Source of the DNA: Bacteroidales bacterium | Lineage (GTDB): Bacteria > Bacteroidota > Bacteroidia > Bacteroidales > UBA932 | DNA length: 64,000 bases | Direction: 5' to 3' | NCBI GenBank assembly: GCA_017848635.1 | Contig: JAFIHK010000010.1 | Location: 5,539-69,538, forward strand | Part shown: positions 8,905-17,823 of the stretch, piece by piece | Numbering within the stretch: the first letter of the stretch is position 1 | How the letters are laid out: every line of letters begins with the position of its first letter | Translations under genes and position numbers: made by a program | Notes under the pieces: model-generated | Database searches by the model: none | What the model was told of the DNA's origin: nothing | Seen by the model: the letters and a program-made list of their open reading frames with translations, nothing else

Positions 8905-9432
8905 ATGAAAAAATTGATAATCATATTATCCTTGATAGTAATGTCTTCAGGGATAAAATCACAGGGCTATACAGCTAATCTTGACTTTTTTGTTGGGACA
9001 TGGAAGTATATAAATGAAGCAACAAACGAAGAGTTTATACTAAAACTTAGGAAATCAGTATACTTAACTAGATATGAAATCGCCTGTCTAGTTGGAATAT
9101 ACATGTATAAAGTTAATGGAGATGTGGTAATAAATACAATGGATGAATTTGATTCAGATAAATATGCTCTAGATATGCCCGTTATGGCAACAAATTTTGT
9201 ACTTGATAGATCATTGCTCAATTCCCAGAAGCTGAGAATAATGTTCGATGATCGTAAATATAATAAATATACAATGAGTAGTTCTCTGGAGATTGTATCC
9301 GTCTCTCCAGCCAAGATTCATTGGGTATTGACCGAAGATGAGGGTGATATAGTATATTTGCCTGGAGAGACAGTAAAACCGTCGGGATTTTCGGTGCCGG
9401 TCAATATGATTTTAACGAAAGTATCAGAATAG
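8905..9432 (+). CDS. secreted small protein, paralogue 4 of 4
   Basis: The ATG at 8905 sits exactly one 598-nt repeat period after the ATG of paralogue 3. The TTG at 8893 in the ORF track is probably not the start. The 3' end overlaps the rnhB stop convergently. Confidence 0.72.
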   Translation: MKKLIIILSLIVMSSGIKSQGYTANLDFFVGTWKYINEATNEEFILKLRKSVYLTRYEIACLVGIYMYKVNGDVVINTMDEFDSDKYALDMPVMATNFVLDRSLLNSQKLRIMFDDRKYNKYTMSSSLEIVSVSPAKIHWVLTEDEGDIVYLPGETVKPSGFSVPVNMILTKVSE

Positions 9433-10056
9433 GAGAGGATCCGGCAGGAGTTTGTAGGATTTGCGATGATACGGAGAGATTCCGAACTCCGCTATTGCCC
9501 TACGGTGGTTGGCGGTAGGGTAGGCCATATTCCTATCCCATCCGTATTGAGGAAACTCCTTTGCTATTTTGTGCATATACTCATCTCTGTGGGTCTTTGC
9601 CAATACCGATGCTGCGGCTATAGAGGCGTAGAGAGAGTCCCCTTTGACGATACATTTGTGCGGAATATCTTTATATGAGATAAAACGGTTCCCGTCGATA
9701 ATAAGGAAGCCCGGCATTTGGGAGAGCTTCTCCACAGCCATCTGCATGGCAAGGATTGATGCTCTGAGAATATTGATTTCATCTATTTTTTCAGCTTCTA
9801 CCGAGGCAACAGCCCATATACTGTTTTTTTCAATATACTCTCTGAGAAGATCTCTCTGTTTAAGCGAGAGCTGTTTAGAGTCATTCAGCATCGGATGGTT
9901 GAAGCCCTCCGGAAGTATTACTGCTGAGGCAAAAACCGGACCTGCCAGCGCTCCCCTCCCCGCTTCGTCGCAACCGGCCTCTGTATATTGATTCTGGAAT
10001 CGGGTAAATAGATCTTTACGCTCTTTCATCTTGAAATTTTGGGCCAAATTACTCAA
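9424..10056 (-). CDS. rnhB: ribonuclease HII
   Basis: GCDEAGRGALAGPVFASAV catalytic motif, IIDGN motif and SIAAASVLAK motif. Confidence 0.93.
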   Translation of the reverse strand: MSNLAQNFKMKERKDLFTRFQNQYTEAGCDEAGRGALAGPVFASAVILPEGFNHPMLNDSKQLSLKQRDLLREYIEKNSIWAVASVEAEKIDEINILRASILAMQMAVEKLSQMPGFLIIDGNRFISYKDIPHKCIVKGDSLYASIAAASVLAKTHRDEYMHKIAKEFPQYGWDRNMAYPTANHRRAIAEFGISPYHRKSYKLLPDPLLF

Positions 10057-10460
10057 TATTTCCCGTTTTTCTCCTTCTCCTCCTTGAGAAGCCCGATAAT
10101 TCTCTCTTTGGTCTCTATTGATGTTCTAAGCTGCTTTATCTCTCCCTCAAGTTCTGCGACAATTAGTTTGTATTTTCCGATAATGTCTGAAAGCTCTCTG
10201 CCGTGTTTTTTTTCAATCTCCTCAATTCTTTTGTCGTAGCTCTCAAGTTGTGCAGAGTTCCCGGTTAAAAGCTCTTCGGGGGATATTCCGAGTAGTTCTC
10301 CGATCTTAACTATACGCTTATTTACTAATTTGGTAGATCCGTTTTCGATTTCGCGGTATGAATTAACCGAAATACCAATCTGTCGGGCCATCTCCTCCTG
10401 AGTGAGCCCAACTCTTTTTCTGTTAATCAGGATTCTTTCGCAGATGCTCTTTTCGTCCAT
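10053..10460 (-). CDS. XRE-family helix-turn-helix transcriptional regulator with a C-terminal coiled coil
   Basis: HTH sequence LTQEEMARQIGISVNSYREIENG. The C-terminus is Glu/Lys/Ile-rich with a heptad-like pattern. 4-nt overlap with rnhB. Confidence 0.8.
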   Translation of the reverse strand: MDEKSICERILINRKRVGLTQEEMARQIGISVNSYREIENGSTKLVNKRIVKIGELLGISPEELLTGNSAQLESYDKRIEEIEKKHGRELSDIIGKYKLIVAELEGEIKQLRTSIETKERIIGLLKEEKEKNGKY

Positions 10461-10595
10461 AGTTCAAAGTTACATCACGAAAGAGGTCGTTAATAACAGG
10501 TAAAAATATCAAAATACAATATAAAACCTTATATATTTAATTTTAAAAAGAGATAAAAATATTTCAAAATCGTAAAAACATATATAAAAGGATTG

Positions 10596-10623
10596 TTTGA
10601 CAACAGCCCACAGCCTATTTTTG
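10596..10623 (+). promoter_or_regulatory. candidate Bacteroidota promoter (-33 TTTG, -7 TAttTTTG)
   Basis: TTTG at 10596-10599 and TATTTTTG at 10616-10623, with a 16-nt spacer. It faces the EF-G-2 gene. Confidence 0.35.
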
Positions 10624-10684
10624 AAATTAAAAAATGGAAAACAGGGTTCACTTAATTGAAGAGTTCTGGCAGATGCTAGAAGTT

Positions 10685-10720
10685 CGGGGTGTATGGATGC
10701 TCCCACTCCCGCTCTTTTTT
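10685..10720 (+). terminator. candidate intrinsic terminator or attenuator hairpin
   Basis: Imperfect stem of about 10 bp (cggggtgtatgga / tcccactcccg) followed by ctcTTTTTT. It lies about 60-90 nt downstream of the candidate promoter and 200 nt upstream of the EF-G-2 start. Confidence 0.3.
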
Positions 10721-10925
10721 ATAGCTCTTTTTTATGGTGAGGAACGAGTAGAAATGTACTCATCTGCACTTAGATATGAATTCGGAATTTCTGCGAAACA
10801 GCTAATTGTTATTTACAGGCGACAATTCCTAAAAAAAATGGTGGTATATATTAGATTTTTTTTTATAATTTTGGGATACTAAAAGCGTTAAATATCGTAA
10901 ATTACTAATTATAACTATATTAAAC

Positions 10926-13079
10926 ATGAAAATCTATCCTACGCAGAACATTCGTAATGTAGTCTTGCTCGGAAGCCCAAAATCCGGGAAAACGACTTTG
11001 GTGGAGACTATGTTGTATGAAGGTAAAGTCATTGACCGCAGGGGCAGCGTCGAGGCAAAAACAACGGTGAGCGATAATACTGAAATTGAGCAGATCTATC
11101 AACGCTCAATCTATCCGACTCTTCTGTACACCGAATTTATGGACAATAAACTTAACATCATCGATACTCCGGGTTCCGACGACTTCGTAGGTGGTGTTAT
11201 TTCGGCTTTTAAAGTTGCCGATTCAGGAATTTTGGTGGTAAACGCTCAACAGGGGGTTGAGGTCGGAACGGAGATCTTTGCTCGTTATGCCGATAAACAT
11301 AAAAAACCTTTGGTAATTGGGGTTAATCAGCTTGACCACGAAAAGGCCAACTGGGATAGTACAATTGAATCGCTAAAACAGGCTTTTGGAAACAAAGTCG
11401 TTCTTATTCAATATCCGATAGAGACCGGTCCTGGTTTCAACGCATTTATCGATGTGTCAAAAATGAAGATGTATCGATTTAAAGACGATAACGGTACAAG
11501 AGAGGAGCTGGATATTCCTGCCGATCAAAGGGCCACTGCCGAAGAGCTGCACGCAAAATTGGCAGAGATGGCTGCAGAGAACGATGAGTCTCTCATGGAG
11601 ATCTTCTTCGAGAAGGGAGAACTCTCCGACGAGGAGATCCGTAAAGGTCTAAGGCTGGGTCTTGCCAAAACAGATATTATGCCTGTATTTTGCCTCTCGG
11701 CAAAGAAAGATATCGGAGTTAAGAGAATTATGGAATTTCTTATTAACGTATGTCCTACTCCCGATATGAGTAAACATCTGCTTAAAGATGGAACAGAGAT
11801 TGCCTGTGACTCAAACGGTCCTCTCTCAATTTTCATATATAAGACAGCTCTTGAGCAGCACCTCGGTGAGGTGTCATATTTCCGCGTAATGTCCGGTAAA
11901 CTTAAAGAGGGTGACGATATTACTAATCCTGAAACAGGTACCAAAGAGAGAGTATCAATCATATATGCGGTAGCAGGTAAAAAGAAAGAGAAGCTTACCG
12001 AGATTGTTGCCGGTGATATAGGTTGTACTGTAAAACTGAAGAGTGTTAAAACCAACCAGACTCTTAACGGAGGAAATAAAGAGTGGGTCTTCCAACCAAT
12101 TCAATTCCCTCCTTCAAAATTCAGAACTGCCATTAAGGCGAAAGTAGAGAAAGATGAGGAGAAACTTGGTGAGATTCTGAACAAAGCAAATGCAGAGGAT
12201 CCAACAATAGTAATCGAGTACTCAAAAGAGCTTAAGCAGACAATTCTAAGCGGTCAGGGAGAGCACCATATCAATATATTGAAGTGGCATCTTACAAATA
12301 CTCATAAAATCGAGATAGACCTTTTCCCTCCAAAAATTCCATACAGAGAGACCATCACTAAGGTTGCCGTTGCCGATTACAGACACAAAAAACAGTCTGG
12401 TGGTGCAGGTCAGTTTGGTGAGGTTCACCTGCTTATAGAGCCTGTTGTTGAGGGTGTTCCTGCAAACAACAAGTTTAAGGTAGATGGAAAAGAGGTTGTT
12501 TTGAATGTGAAGGGTAAAGAGGAGTATCCTCTCGATTGGGGTGGAAAGCTGGAGTACTACAACTGTATTGTCGGTGGAGCAATCGATGCAAGGTTTATGC
12601 CTGCAATCCTCAAGGGTGTTATGGAAAAGATGGAGGAGGGTCCTCTTACAGGATCATATGCCCGCGATATCAGAGTATTTGTTTATGATGGTAAAATGCA
12701 CCCTGTTGACTCAAATGAAATTTCATTTAAACTCGCAGGCCGTAATGCTTTCAAAGAGGCCTTCAAAAAGGCAGGTCCTAAGATTATGGAGCCTATCTAC
12801 AATGTTGAGGTAATGGTTCCAAGTGACTGTATGGGCGATGTTATGAGTGACCTTCAAAACCGCAGGGCAATGATTGAAGGTATGAGCAGTGAAAAGGGTT
12901 TTGAGGTGCTTAAAGCCAGAGTTCCGCTTGCAGAACTTCACAAGTACTCTACAACTCTTAGCTCTCTGACATCGGGAAGGGCAACCTTTACAATGAAGTA
13001 TGCCGAATATCAGCAGGTTCCTGCTGAGGTTCAGGATAAGCTTCTGAAGGATTACGAAGCGAGCGAAAAAGAGGAGTAA
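10926..13079 (+). CDS. elongation factor G paralogue (EF-G-2 type translational GTPase)
   Basis: G1 motif [10 protein letters not shown]3 motif DTPGSDDF and G4 motif NQLD. Full five-domain EF-G length (717 aa). The N-terminus closely resembles the Thermus EF-G-2 pattern (GxxGSGKTTLxEAxLY ... DxPGYxDF). Confidence 0.85.
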   Translation: MKIYPTQNIRNVVLLGSPKSGKTTLVETMLYEGKVIDRRGSVEAKTTVSDNTEIEQIYQRSIYPTLLYTEFMDNKLNIIDTPGSDDFVGGVISAFKVADSGILVVNAQQGVEVGTEIFARYADKHKKPLVIGVNQLDHEKANWDSTIESLKQAFGNKVVLIQYPIETGPGFNAFIDVSKMKMYRFKDDNGTREELDIPADQRATAEELHAKLAEMAAENDESLMEIFFEKGELSDEEIRKGLRLGLAKTDIMPVFCLSAKKDIGVKRIMEFLINVCPTPDMSKHLLKDGTEIACDSNGPLSIFIYKTALEQHLGEVSYFRVMSGKLKEGDDITNPETGTKERVSIIYAVAGKKKEKLTEIVAGDIGCTVKLKSVKTNQTLNGGNKEWVFQPIQFPPSKFRTAIKAKVEKDEEKLGEILNKANAEDPTIVIEYSKELKQTILSGQGEHHINILKWHLTNTHKIEIDLFPPKIPYRETITKVAVADYRHKKQSGGAGQFGEVHLLIEPVVEGVPANNKFKVDGKEVVLNVKGKEEYPLDWGGKLEYYNCIVGGAIDARFMPAILKGVMEKMEEGPLTGSYARDIRVFVYDGKMHPVDSNEISFKLAGRNAFKEAFKKAGPKIMEPIYNVEVMVPSDCMGDVMSDLQNRRAMIEGMSSEKGFEVLKARVPLAELHKYSTTLSSLTSGRATFTMKYAEYQQVPAEVQDKLLKDYEASEKEE

Positions 13080-13084
13080 TCTTA

Positions 13085-13738
13085 ATGATAAGAGCCGAAA
13101 ATATTAAAAAATCATTCGGCAACCTTCTTGTTCTTAAAGGTGTATCCTTTGAAGCAAGAACATCGGAGGTTGTTAGTATAGTTGGAGCAAGCGGGGCGGG
13201 TAAGTCCAGCTTGCTCCAAATTCTTGGTAGTCTCTCCCTCCCCGATACCGGGAAGGTATTTATTGATGATACCGACATTTTCTCATTATCGAAGGATAAG
13301 CTGGCTGAATTCAGAAATCAGAGGATCGGATTTGTCTTTCAATTTCATCATCTTCTTCCGGAATTTACAGCTTTGGAGAATGTAATGATTCCCGCCCTTA
13401 TTGCCAAAAAGAGTAAGAGGGATGCCGCAATAAGAGCAACAGAGCTTCTTACCGATCTCGGGCTGGGGGAGCGACTCTCCCACAAGCCGGACGAACTGAG
13501 CGGAGGTGAGCAGCAAAGAGTGGCTATTGCACGGGCCTTAATGAATAACCCCTCTGTGATCTTTGCCGATGAACCTTCGGGGAATCTCGATACTAAGACG
13601 AAAAGAGAGATTCATAATCTCTTTTTTGAATTAAGGGACAAATATGGTCAGACTTTCATTATAGTAACTCATGACAAAGAGCTCGCTGCAATGAGTGACC
13701 GATGTATGGAGATGAAGGATGGGGAGTTTTTACTTTAA
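13085..13738 (+). CDS. ABC transporter ATP-binding protein, LolD/MacB-like
   Basis: Walker [10 protein letters not shown], signature LSGGEQQR and Walker [12 protein letters not shown]. Confidence 0.88.
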   Translation: MIRAENIKKSFGNLLVLKGVSFEARTSEVVSIVGASGAGKSSLLQILGSLSLPDTGKVFIDDTDIFSLSKDKLAEFRNQRIGFVFQFHHLLPEFTALENVMIPALIAKKSKRDAAIRATELLTDLGLGERLSHKPDELSGGEQQRVAIARALMNNPSVIFADEPSGNLDTKTKREIHNLFFELRDKYGQTFIIVTHDKELAAMSDRCMEMKDGEFLL

Positions 13739-14486
13739 GAAATTTACCGTAAAACAGGAGCGTTCTGCAATGAAGGTGAATACCGACGGGGTTCTGCTGG
13801 GAGCCTGGGTCGGTATCTCTGGAATATCCGGAGAGAATCTCTTGAGGGTTGCAGATATAGGAACAGGTACAGGAGTGATATCTCTGATATTGGCTCAAAG
13901 AATAAGCGAAAGCGGTAGAGCGTTCAAAATATCGGCAATTGATATAGATAGTGACTCCGGAGCTGAGGCTTCGGAGAACTTCAGCGATAGCGAATGGAGG
14001 GAGTCGATATTCTCCCACATAGTTGATGCCCGGGAGTTCTCGGTAGCATCAAAATTGAACGGAGAAAAATTCGATCTTGTTATCAGCAATCCTCCATATT
14101 TCATCAACTCTCTAAAGCCCGACTGTGACCGCCGCCTGCTCTCCAGGCACAGCGATAACTCTCTTTCACCTTGTAATTTAGCTATGGTGGCAGATAATAT
14201 GTTGTCGGAAAATGGTATATTTGCCGTGATTTTGCCGGTCGAAGAGGAGGGGCTTCTCTTCGATCAGATGTCCATTCAGGGGTTTTACTGTAAAAGAAGA
14301 TGTTTCGTAAAAACCACTCCCGATAGACAGCCAAAAAGGGTTATGTCTGAATATATAAGGGCTGGAGGACTCTCAAAGAAGAGGAGAAGTGACTGTGAAG
14401 ATGAGGAGCTTATAATACAAGAAAAAAGCGGCGAATTCACCGCCGCTTATAAGAATCTGACAAAGAGCCTATACTTAAGGTTTTGA
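13719..14486 (+). CDS. tRNA1(Val) (adenine37-N6)-methyltransferase (YfiC/TrmN6 family)
   Basis: [21 protein letters not shown]-terminal signature, SAM-binding [11 protein letters not shown] and NPPYF catalytic motif. Confidence 0.78.
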   Translation: MGSFYFKKFTVKQERSAMKVNTDGVLLGAWVGISGISGENLLRVADIGTGTGVISLILAQRISESGRAFKISAIDIDSDSGAEASENFSDSEWRESIFSHIVDAREFSVASKLNGEKFDLVISNPPYFINSLKPDCDRRLLSRHSDNSLSPCNLAMVADNMLSENGIFAVILPVEEEGLLFDQMSIQGFYCKRRCFVKTTPDRQPKRVMSEYIRAGGLSKKRRSDCEDEELIIQEKSGEFTAAYKNLTKSLYLRF

Positions 14487-14945
14487 GTTTTTTAACTGTT
14501 GTAGCAGTTTTACTCTGAAGTCCTCCTCCGCTTTATAAAATGCAACTTGCTTCTTAATCGGGAGAATCTTTTGAATCTCTAAGTAGAAAGATTTGTCGAG
14601 CTTAACAATTGCTTCATCGTAGAATGAAAAGAGATCCAAAAGAGTCTTTACTCCTCTTTCGTTCATAGTTTTGTTTCTACCGTCCATATAATTATTAAAC
14701 CCGGTTATACATGAACGACGTTTCGCTGTGTATAGTTCTCTGGTTTCCAGATATTTTAAATATACCGGCCAAAATAAATCCGCCTCTTTTTGGGTGAGAT
14801 CCAGAACGCTTTTGAGGTATGCAGTTTTTGCCATTGTTACCTCTTTAATTTTTGAAATCTCAGCCCCATTATTGTTGGACCTGTTTTGGGCAAACCCGTA
14901 GAGAGAGATTAATCCGGAGATTAAAATCAAAGTAAACTTTTTCAT
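14475..14945 (-). CDS. secreted or periplasmic helical protein, third gene of an ECF sigma operon
   Basis: Signal peptide. Contiguous with the upstream anti-sigma-like gene (no intergenic gap). Confidence 0.5.
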   Translation of the reverse strand: MKKFTLILISGLISLYGFAQNRSNNNGAEISKIKEVTMAKTAYLKSVLDLTQKEADLFWPVYLKYLETRELYTAKRRSCITGFNNYMDGRNKTMNERGVKTLLDLFSFYDEAIVKLDKSFYLEIQKILPIKKQVAFYKAEEDFRVKLLQQLKNSKP

Positions 14946-14946
14946 C

Positions 14947-15342
14947 CTAATCGATTAATCCAATTGCAGATACATCAATTTCATTATGTTTGAGATACTC
15001 AATTATTTCGTCTGGAGTAAGCTCCGACATCTCTTTTTGAGGTTCGGATCCTGTAACAGCGTCGCTGTTATACTCTTTGTATATTTCATTATGCGCCTGC
15101 TCGGCAGATTCGTTACCGAACTTTAACATTGAGATCGTCCCAAACACAAAGACCAAAGCCGCTGCAGCAGATGTAATGAGTGCATAGCGGATACCCGACC
15201 TTCCAAAAACCTTTGGCTTCGGGTTGGAGACCTTTTTCATAACATTTCGTTCCAGTTGGTCAAAGTAACCATCGGGGACTGAAAAAGGATTCTCTTTTAA
15301 ATGTTTGTTATCAATATTGTTTTCCATCATACTATTTGACAC
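14947..15342 (-). CDS. putative single-pass anti-sigma factor
   Basis: Sits immediately downstream of the ECF sigma gene. One central TM helix (YALITSAAAALVFVFGTISML). Confidence 0.45.
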   Translation of the reverse strand: MSNSMMENNIDNKHLKENPFSVPDGYFDQLERNVMKKVSNPKPKVFGRSGIRYALITSAAAALVFVFGTISMLKFGNESAEQAHNEIYKEYNSDAVTGSEPQKEMSELTPDEIIEYLKHNEIDVSAIGLID

Positions 15343-15359
15343 TTATTGTTTTAAAAAGA

Positions 15360-15899
15360 TTAAAGAAGGCCCTTCATTTCCTCCTCAATTTTGGAGTGAG
15401 CGTGATGGTACGATGCCTTAAGCGCTCCCACTGAGGTGTTTAAAATTTCGGACATATCTTCATACTTCATCTCCTCGAAATACCTCAAATTGAATACCAA
15501 ACGCTGTTTTTCCGGTAGTTTTAGGATAGCTTTATGCAGAGCTTTCTGTGCTTTGTCTCCATTAAACCATGAGTCAGCCTCAAGCGCGTTTTCAAGTTGC
15601 TTTGAAATTTCATCGAGAGATATAAAGTTGCGTAATTTTTTTCGTTTTAAAAAGGTTAATACTTCATTTGTTGCAATTCTGTACAGCCAGGTGTAAAGCC
15701 TGCTCTCCTCCCGAAATTCGGGAAGTGCATTCCAGGCTTTTAACAGGGTGTTCTGAGTGAGATCATTCGCATCTTCGTGGCAGATCACCATTTTACGGAT
15801 ATGCCAGTAGATACGTTCGCTGTATTTTTTGACGATAAGACCATAGGCGTATTCGCGCCTACCATCCCTAAAAAGGGTTAACAGATCTTTATCGTCCAT
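15360..15899 (-). CDS. ECF-type RNA polymerase sigma-70 factor
   Basis: Region 2 (DANDLTQNTLLKAW, LYTWLYRIATNEVLTFLKRK) and region 4 (YEDMSEILNTSVGALKASYHHA). Confidence 0.85.
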   Translation of the reverse strand: MDDKDLLTLFRDGRREYAYGLIVKKYSERIYWHIRKMVICHEDANDLTQNTLLKAWNALPEFREESRLYTWLYRIATNEVLTFLKRKKLRNFISLDEISKQLENALEADSWFNGDKAQKALHKAILKLPEKQRLVFNLRYFEEMKYEDMSEILNTSVGALKASYHHAHSKIEEEMKGLL

Positions 15900-15915
15900 A
15901 AGGTCTGCGGTTTTT

Positions 15916-16878
15916 TTATTTTTTACTTAAAACTCTTTGTACAGCTTTAATAATATCTGCAGAACCGAGGTTATATGCCTTCATCAACTCAGAAGGTTCT
16001 CCGCTCTGCCCGAACCGGTCATCAACAGCCACATGCTCGGTAAATACCGGATAGTTGCCTGACAAAAAGTCGCTTACAGCCTCTCCCAAACCACCGGCAA
16101 TAAGATGCTCTTCGGCAATTACCACCGCTTTTGTCCTGGACGCAGATTCTAAGACTGCATTTTTATCCAAAGGTTTAATTGTATGAATATTTAAAATATC
16201 GGCAGATATTCCCGCTTTCTCAAGCTCGATTCCCGCCTGTATTGCCTCCCACACCAGGTGCCCTGTTGCAATAATTGTCACATCGTTTCCATCGGCCAGT
16301 TTTATTGCTTTTCCGATTTCAAAGGATTGGTTCTCGGGGGTGAAATTCGGAACGGAAGGTCGTCCGAAACGAAGATATACAGGACCATTATGCTTGGCTA
16401 TGGCAATTGTTGCCGCTTTTGTCTGATTATAGTCGCAGGGATTAATAACTGTAAGACCGGGCAGCATTCTCATTAACCCGATATCCTCCATAATCTGGTG
16501 TGTTGCACCATCCTCTCCAAGAGTAATTCCTGCGTGCGAAGCGCAGATCTTGACATTTGTGTGAGAGTATGCCACTGCCTGACGGATCTGGTCATAAACC
16601 CTGCCGGTGGCGAAGCTGGCAAAAGATCCGGCAAAAGGGATTTTCCCGCTGAGAGCCAATCCGGCTGAAAGTCCTATCATATTTGCCTCAGCAATACCAC
16701 ATTCGTAAAAACGATCCGGAAACTCTGCCGCAAAAGCATCCATTTTAAGTGACCCAACCAAATCGGCACAAAGTGCAACAACATTAGGATCCATCTTTCC
16801 GGCCTCCAGCAGTCCTGCCCCAAAACCGGAGCGCGTATCTTTATTTCCTGTATTTATATACTCTTTCATAATACTCAT
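15916..16878 (-). CDS. transketolase, C-terminal (pyrimidine-binding) subunit
   Basis: CGIAEANMIGLSAGLA and EDGATHQ motifs. Adjacent to the gene for the N-terminal subunit. Confidence 0.9.
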   Translation of the reverse strand: MSIMKEYINTGNKDTRSGFGAGLLEAGKMDPNVVALCADLVGSLKMDAFAAEFPDRFYECGIAEANMIGLSAGLALSGKIPFAGSFASFATGRVYDQIRQAVAYSHTNVKICASHAGITLGEDGATHQIMEDIGLMRMLPGLTVINPCDYNQTKAATIAIAKHNGPVYLRFGRPSVPNFTPENQSFEIGKAIKLADGNDVTIIATGHLVWEAIQAGIELEKAGISADILNIHTIKPLDKNAVLESASRTKAVVIAEEHLIAGGLGEAVSDFLSGNYPVFTEHVAVDDRFGQSGEPSELMKAYNLGSADIIKAVQRVLSKK

Positions 16879-16879
16879 T

Positions 16880-17725
16880 TTAAAAATCTCCCAAAGTCTC
16901 TTCTAGTTGTGCAAGTGCTTTAACAGTTTGATCGGCGTTTGGAGCCTTGCCGTGCCAGTGGTGGGTGCCCGACATAAAGTCGACACCTTTGCCCATGACT
17001 GTTTTCATAAGCAGCATTTTCGGTTTTCCGTTCCCGGCAGATGATTTTGCTTTTGCAAAAGCCTCAGATATCTGCTCGAAATTATGGCCATCTGCTTCAA
17101 TACACTCCCAACCGAATGCCTCCCACTTGGCTCTCAAATCTCCAAGATTCATAACCTCGCCAACAGGTCCGTCAATCTGCTGTCCGTTGTAATCGGTAAT
17201 TACAATCAGATTATCAACTTTTTTATGAGCTGCAAACATCGCTGCTTCCCATATCTGCCCCTCCTGACTCTCACCGTCTCCAATAAGAGCGTAAACGAAG
17301 TTCTTATCGTTGTTAAGTTTTTTTGCAAGTGCTGCTCCTGTCGCTACAGAAAGTCCCTGACCAAGTGAGCCTGTTGAGATGTGTACCCCCGGAACACTCC
17401 ATTCAACCGATGGGTGGCCCTGAAGTCTTGAGCCGAATTTTCTGAATGATGCAAGTTCCTCTTTGCCGAAATAGCCGCTCCTTGCCAACACACTGTAGTA
17501 AACAGGTGAGAGGTGCCCTGCCGAAAGAAAGAACATATCGTACCCTACGCCGTCGGCTTTCCAGCCCGAAGGGTTATGATTCATTACTTTGAAAAAGAGA
17601 GTAGTGAGCACATCGGTGCTGCTTAGCGATCCTCCCGGGTGTCCGGAAGCTGCTGCATTAACCATTCGGATAATGTCGCGCCTTACCTGTGAGGCGATTT
17701 TTGATAAATTGTCTATATTTTTCAT
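16880..17725 (-). CDS. transketolase, N-terminal (thiamine diphosphate-binding) subunit
   Basis: SGHPGGSLS, GSLGQGLS and GDGESQEGQIWEA motifs. Confidence 0.9.
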   Translation of the reverse strand: MKNIDNLSKIASQVRRDIIRMVNAAASGHPGGSLSSTDVLTTLFFKVMNHNPSGWKADGVGYDMFFLSAGHLSPVYYSVLARSGYFGKEELASFRKFGSRLQGHPSVEWSVPGVHISTGSLGQGLSVATGAALAKKLNNDKNFVYALIGDGESQEGQIWEAAMFAAHKKVDNLIVITDYNGQQIDGPVGEVMNLGDLRAKWEAFGWECIEADGHNFEQISEAFAKAKSSAGNGKPKMLLMKTVMGKGVDFMSGTHHWHGKAPNADQTVKALAQLEETLGDF

Positions 17726-17788
17726 TACGATTTCTGTGCTGAATAATCAGCAAAGATACTTCAAACAGATTATTATGGCAATTTTATT

Positions 17789-17796
17789 TATCTTTG
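17789..17796 (+). promoter_or_regulatory. candidate -7 promoter box (TAtcTTTG) for lepA
   Basis: TAnnTTTG match 28 nt upstream of the lepA ATG. Confidence 0.3.
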
Positions 17797-17823
17797 CACA
17801 AGTTTTAACGCACTAACGCTAAT

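Larger units (their letters stand above)
7089..9432. repeat. tandem array of four ~540-600 bp protein-coding repeat units
   Basis: Segments 8120-8306 and 8718-8904 (gene 3' end plus spacer) differ at about three positions by eye. Shared sequence blocks between non-adjacent copies give a patchwork pattern. Confidence 0.85.

Noticed and set aside
7089-9432. Whether the periodic repeats are a CRISPR array, an IS element or a non-coding satellite.
   Set aside because: The period is ~540-600 nt and each unit is a complete ORF with a signal peptide and conserved protein ends. There are no short direct repeats with spacers and no transposase.
10634-10882. 82-aa ORF in the intergenic region upstream of the EF-G-2 gene.
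   Set aside because: Odd composition, no recognisable motif or ribosome-binding context, and it spans a hairpin/T-tract. I treat the region as non-coding (leader or sRNA candidate) instead.
11525-12055. 176-aa antisense ORF inside the EF-G-2 gene, and similar antisense ORFs at 28529-29026, 34857-35240, 52160-52681 and 54094-54859.
   Set aside because: All lie opposite strongly supported genes, are Ser/Leu/Ile-rich or low in complexity, and lack motifs.
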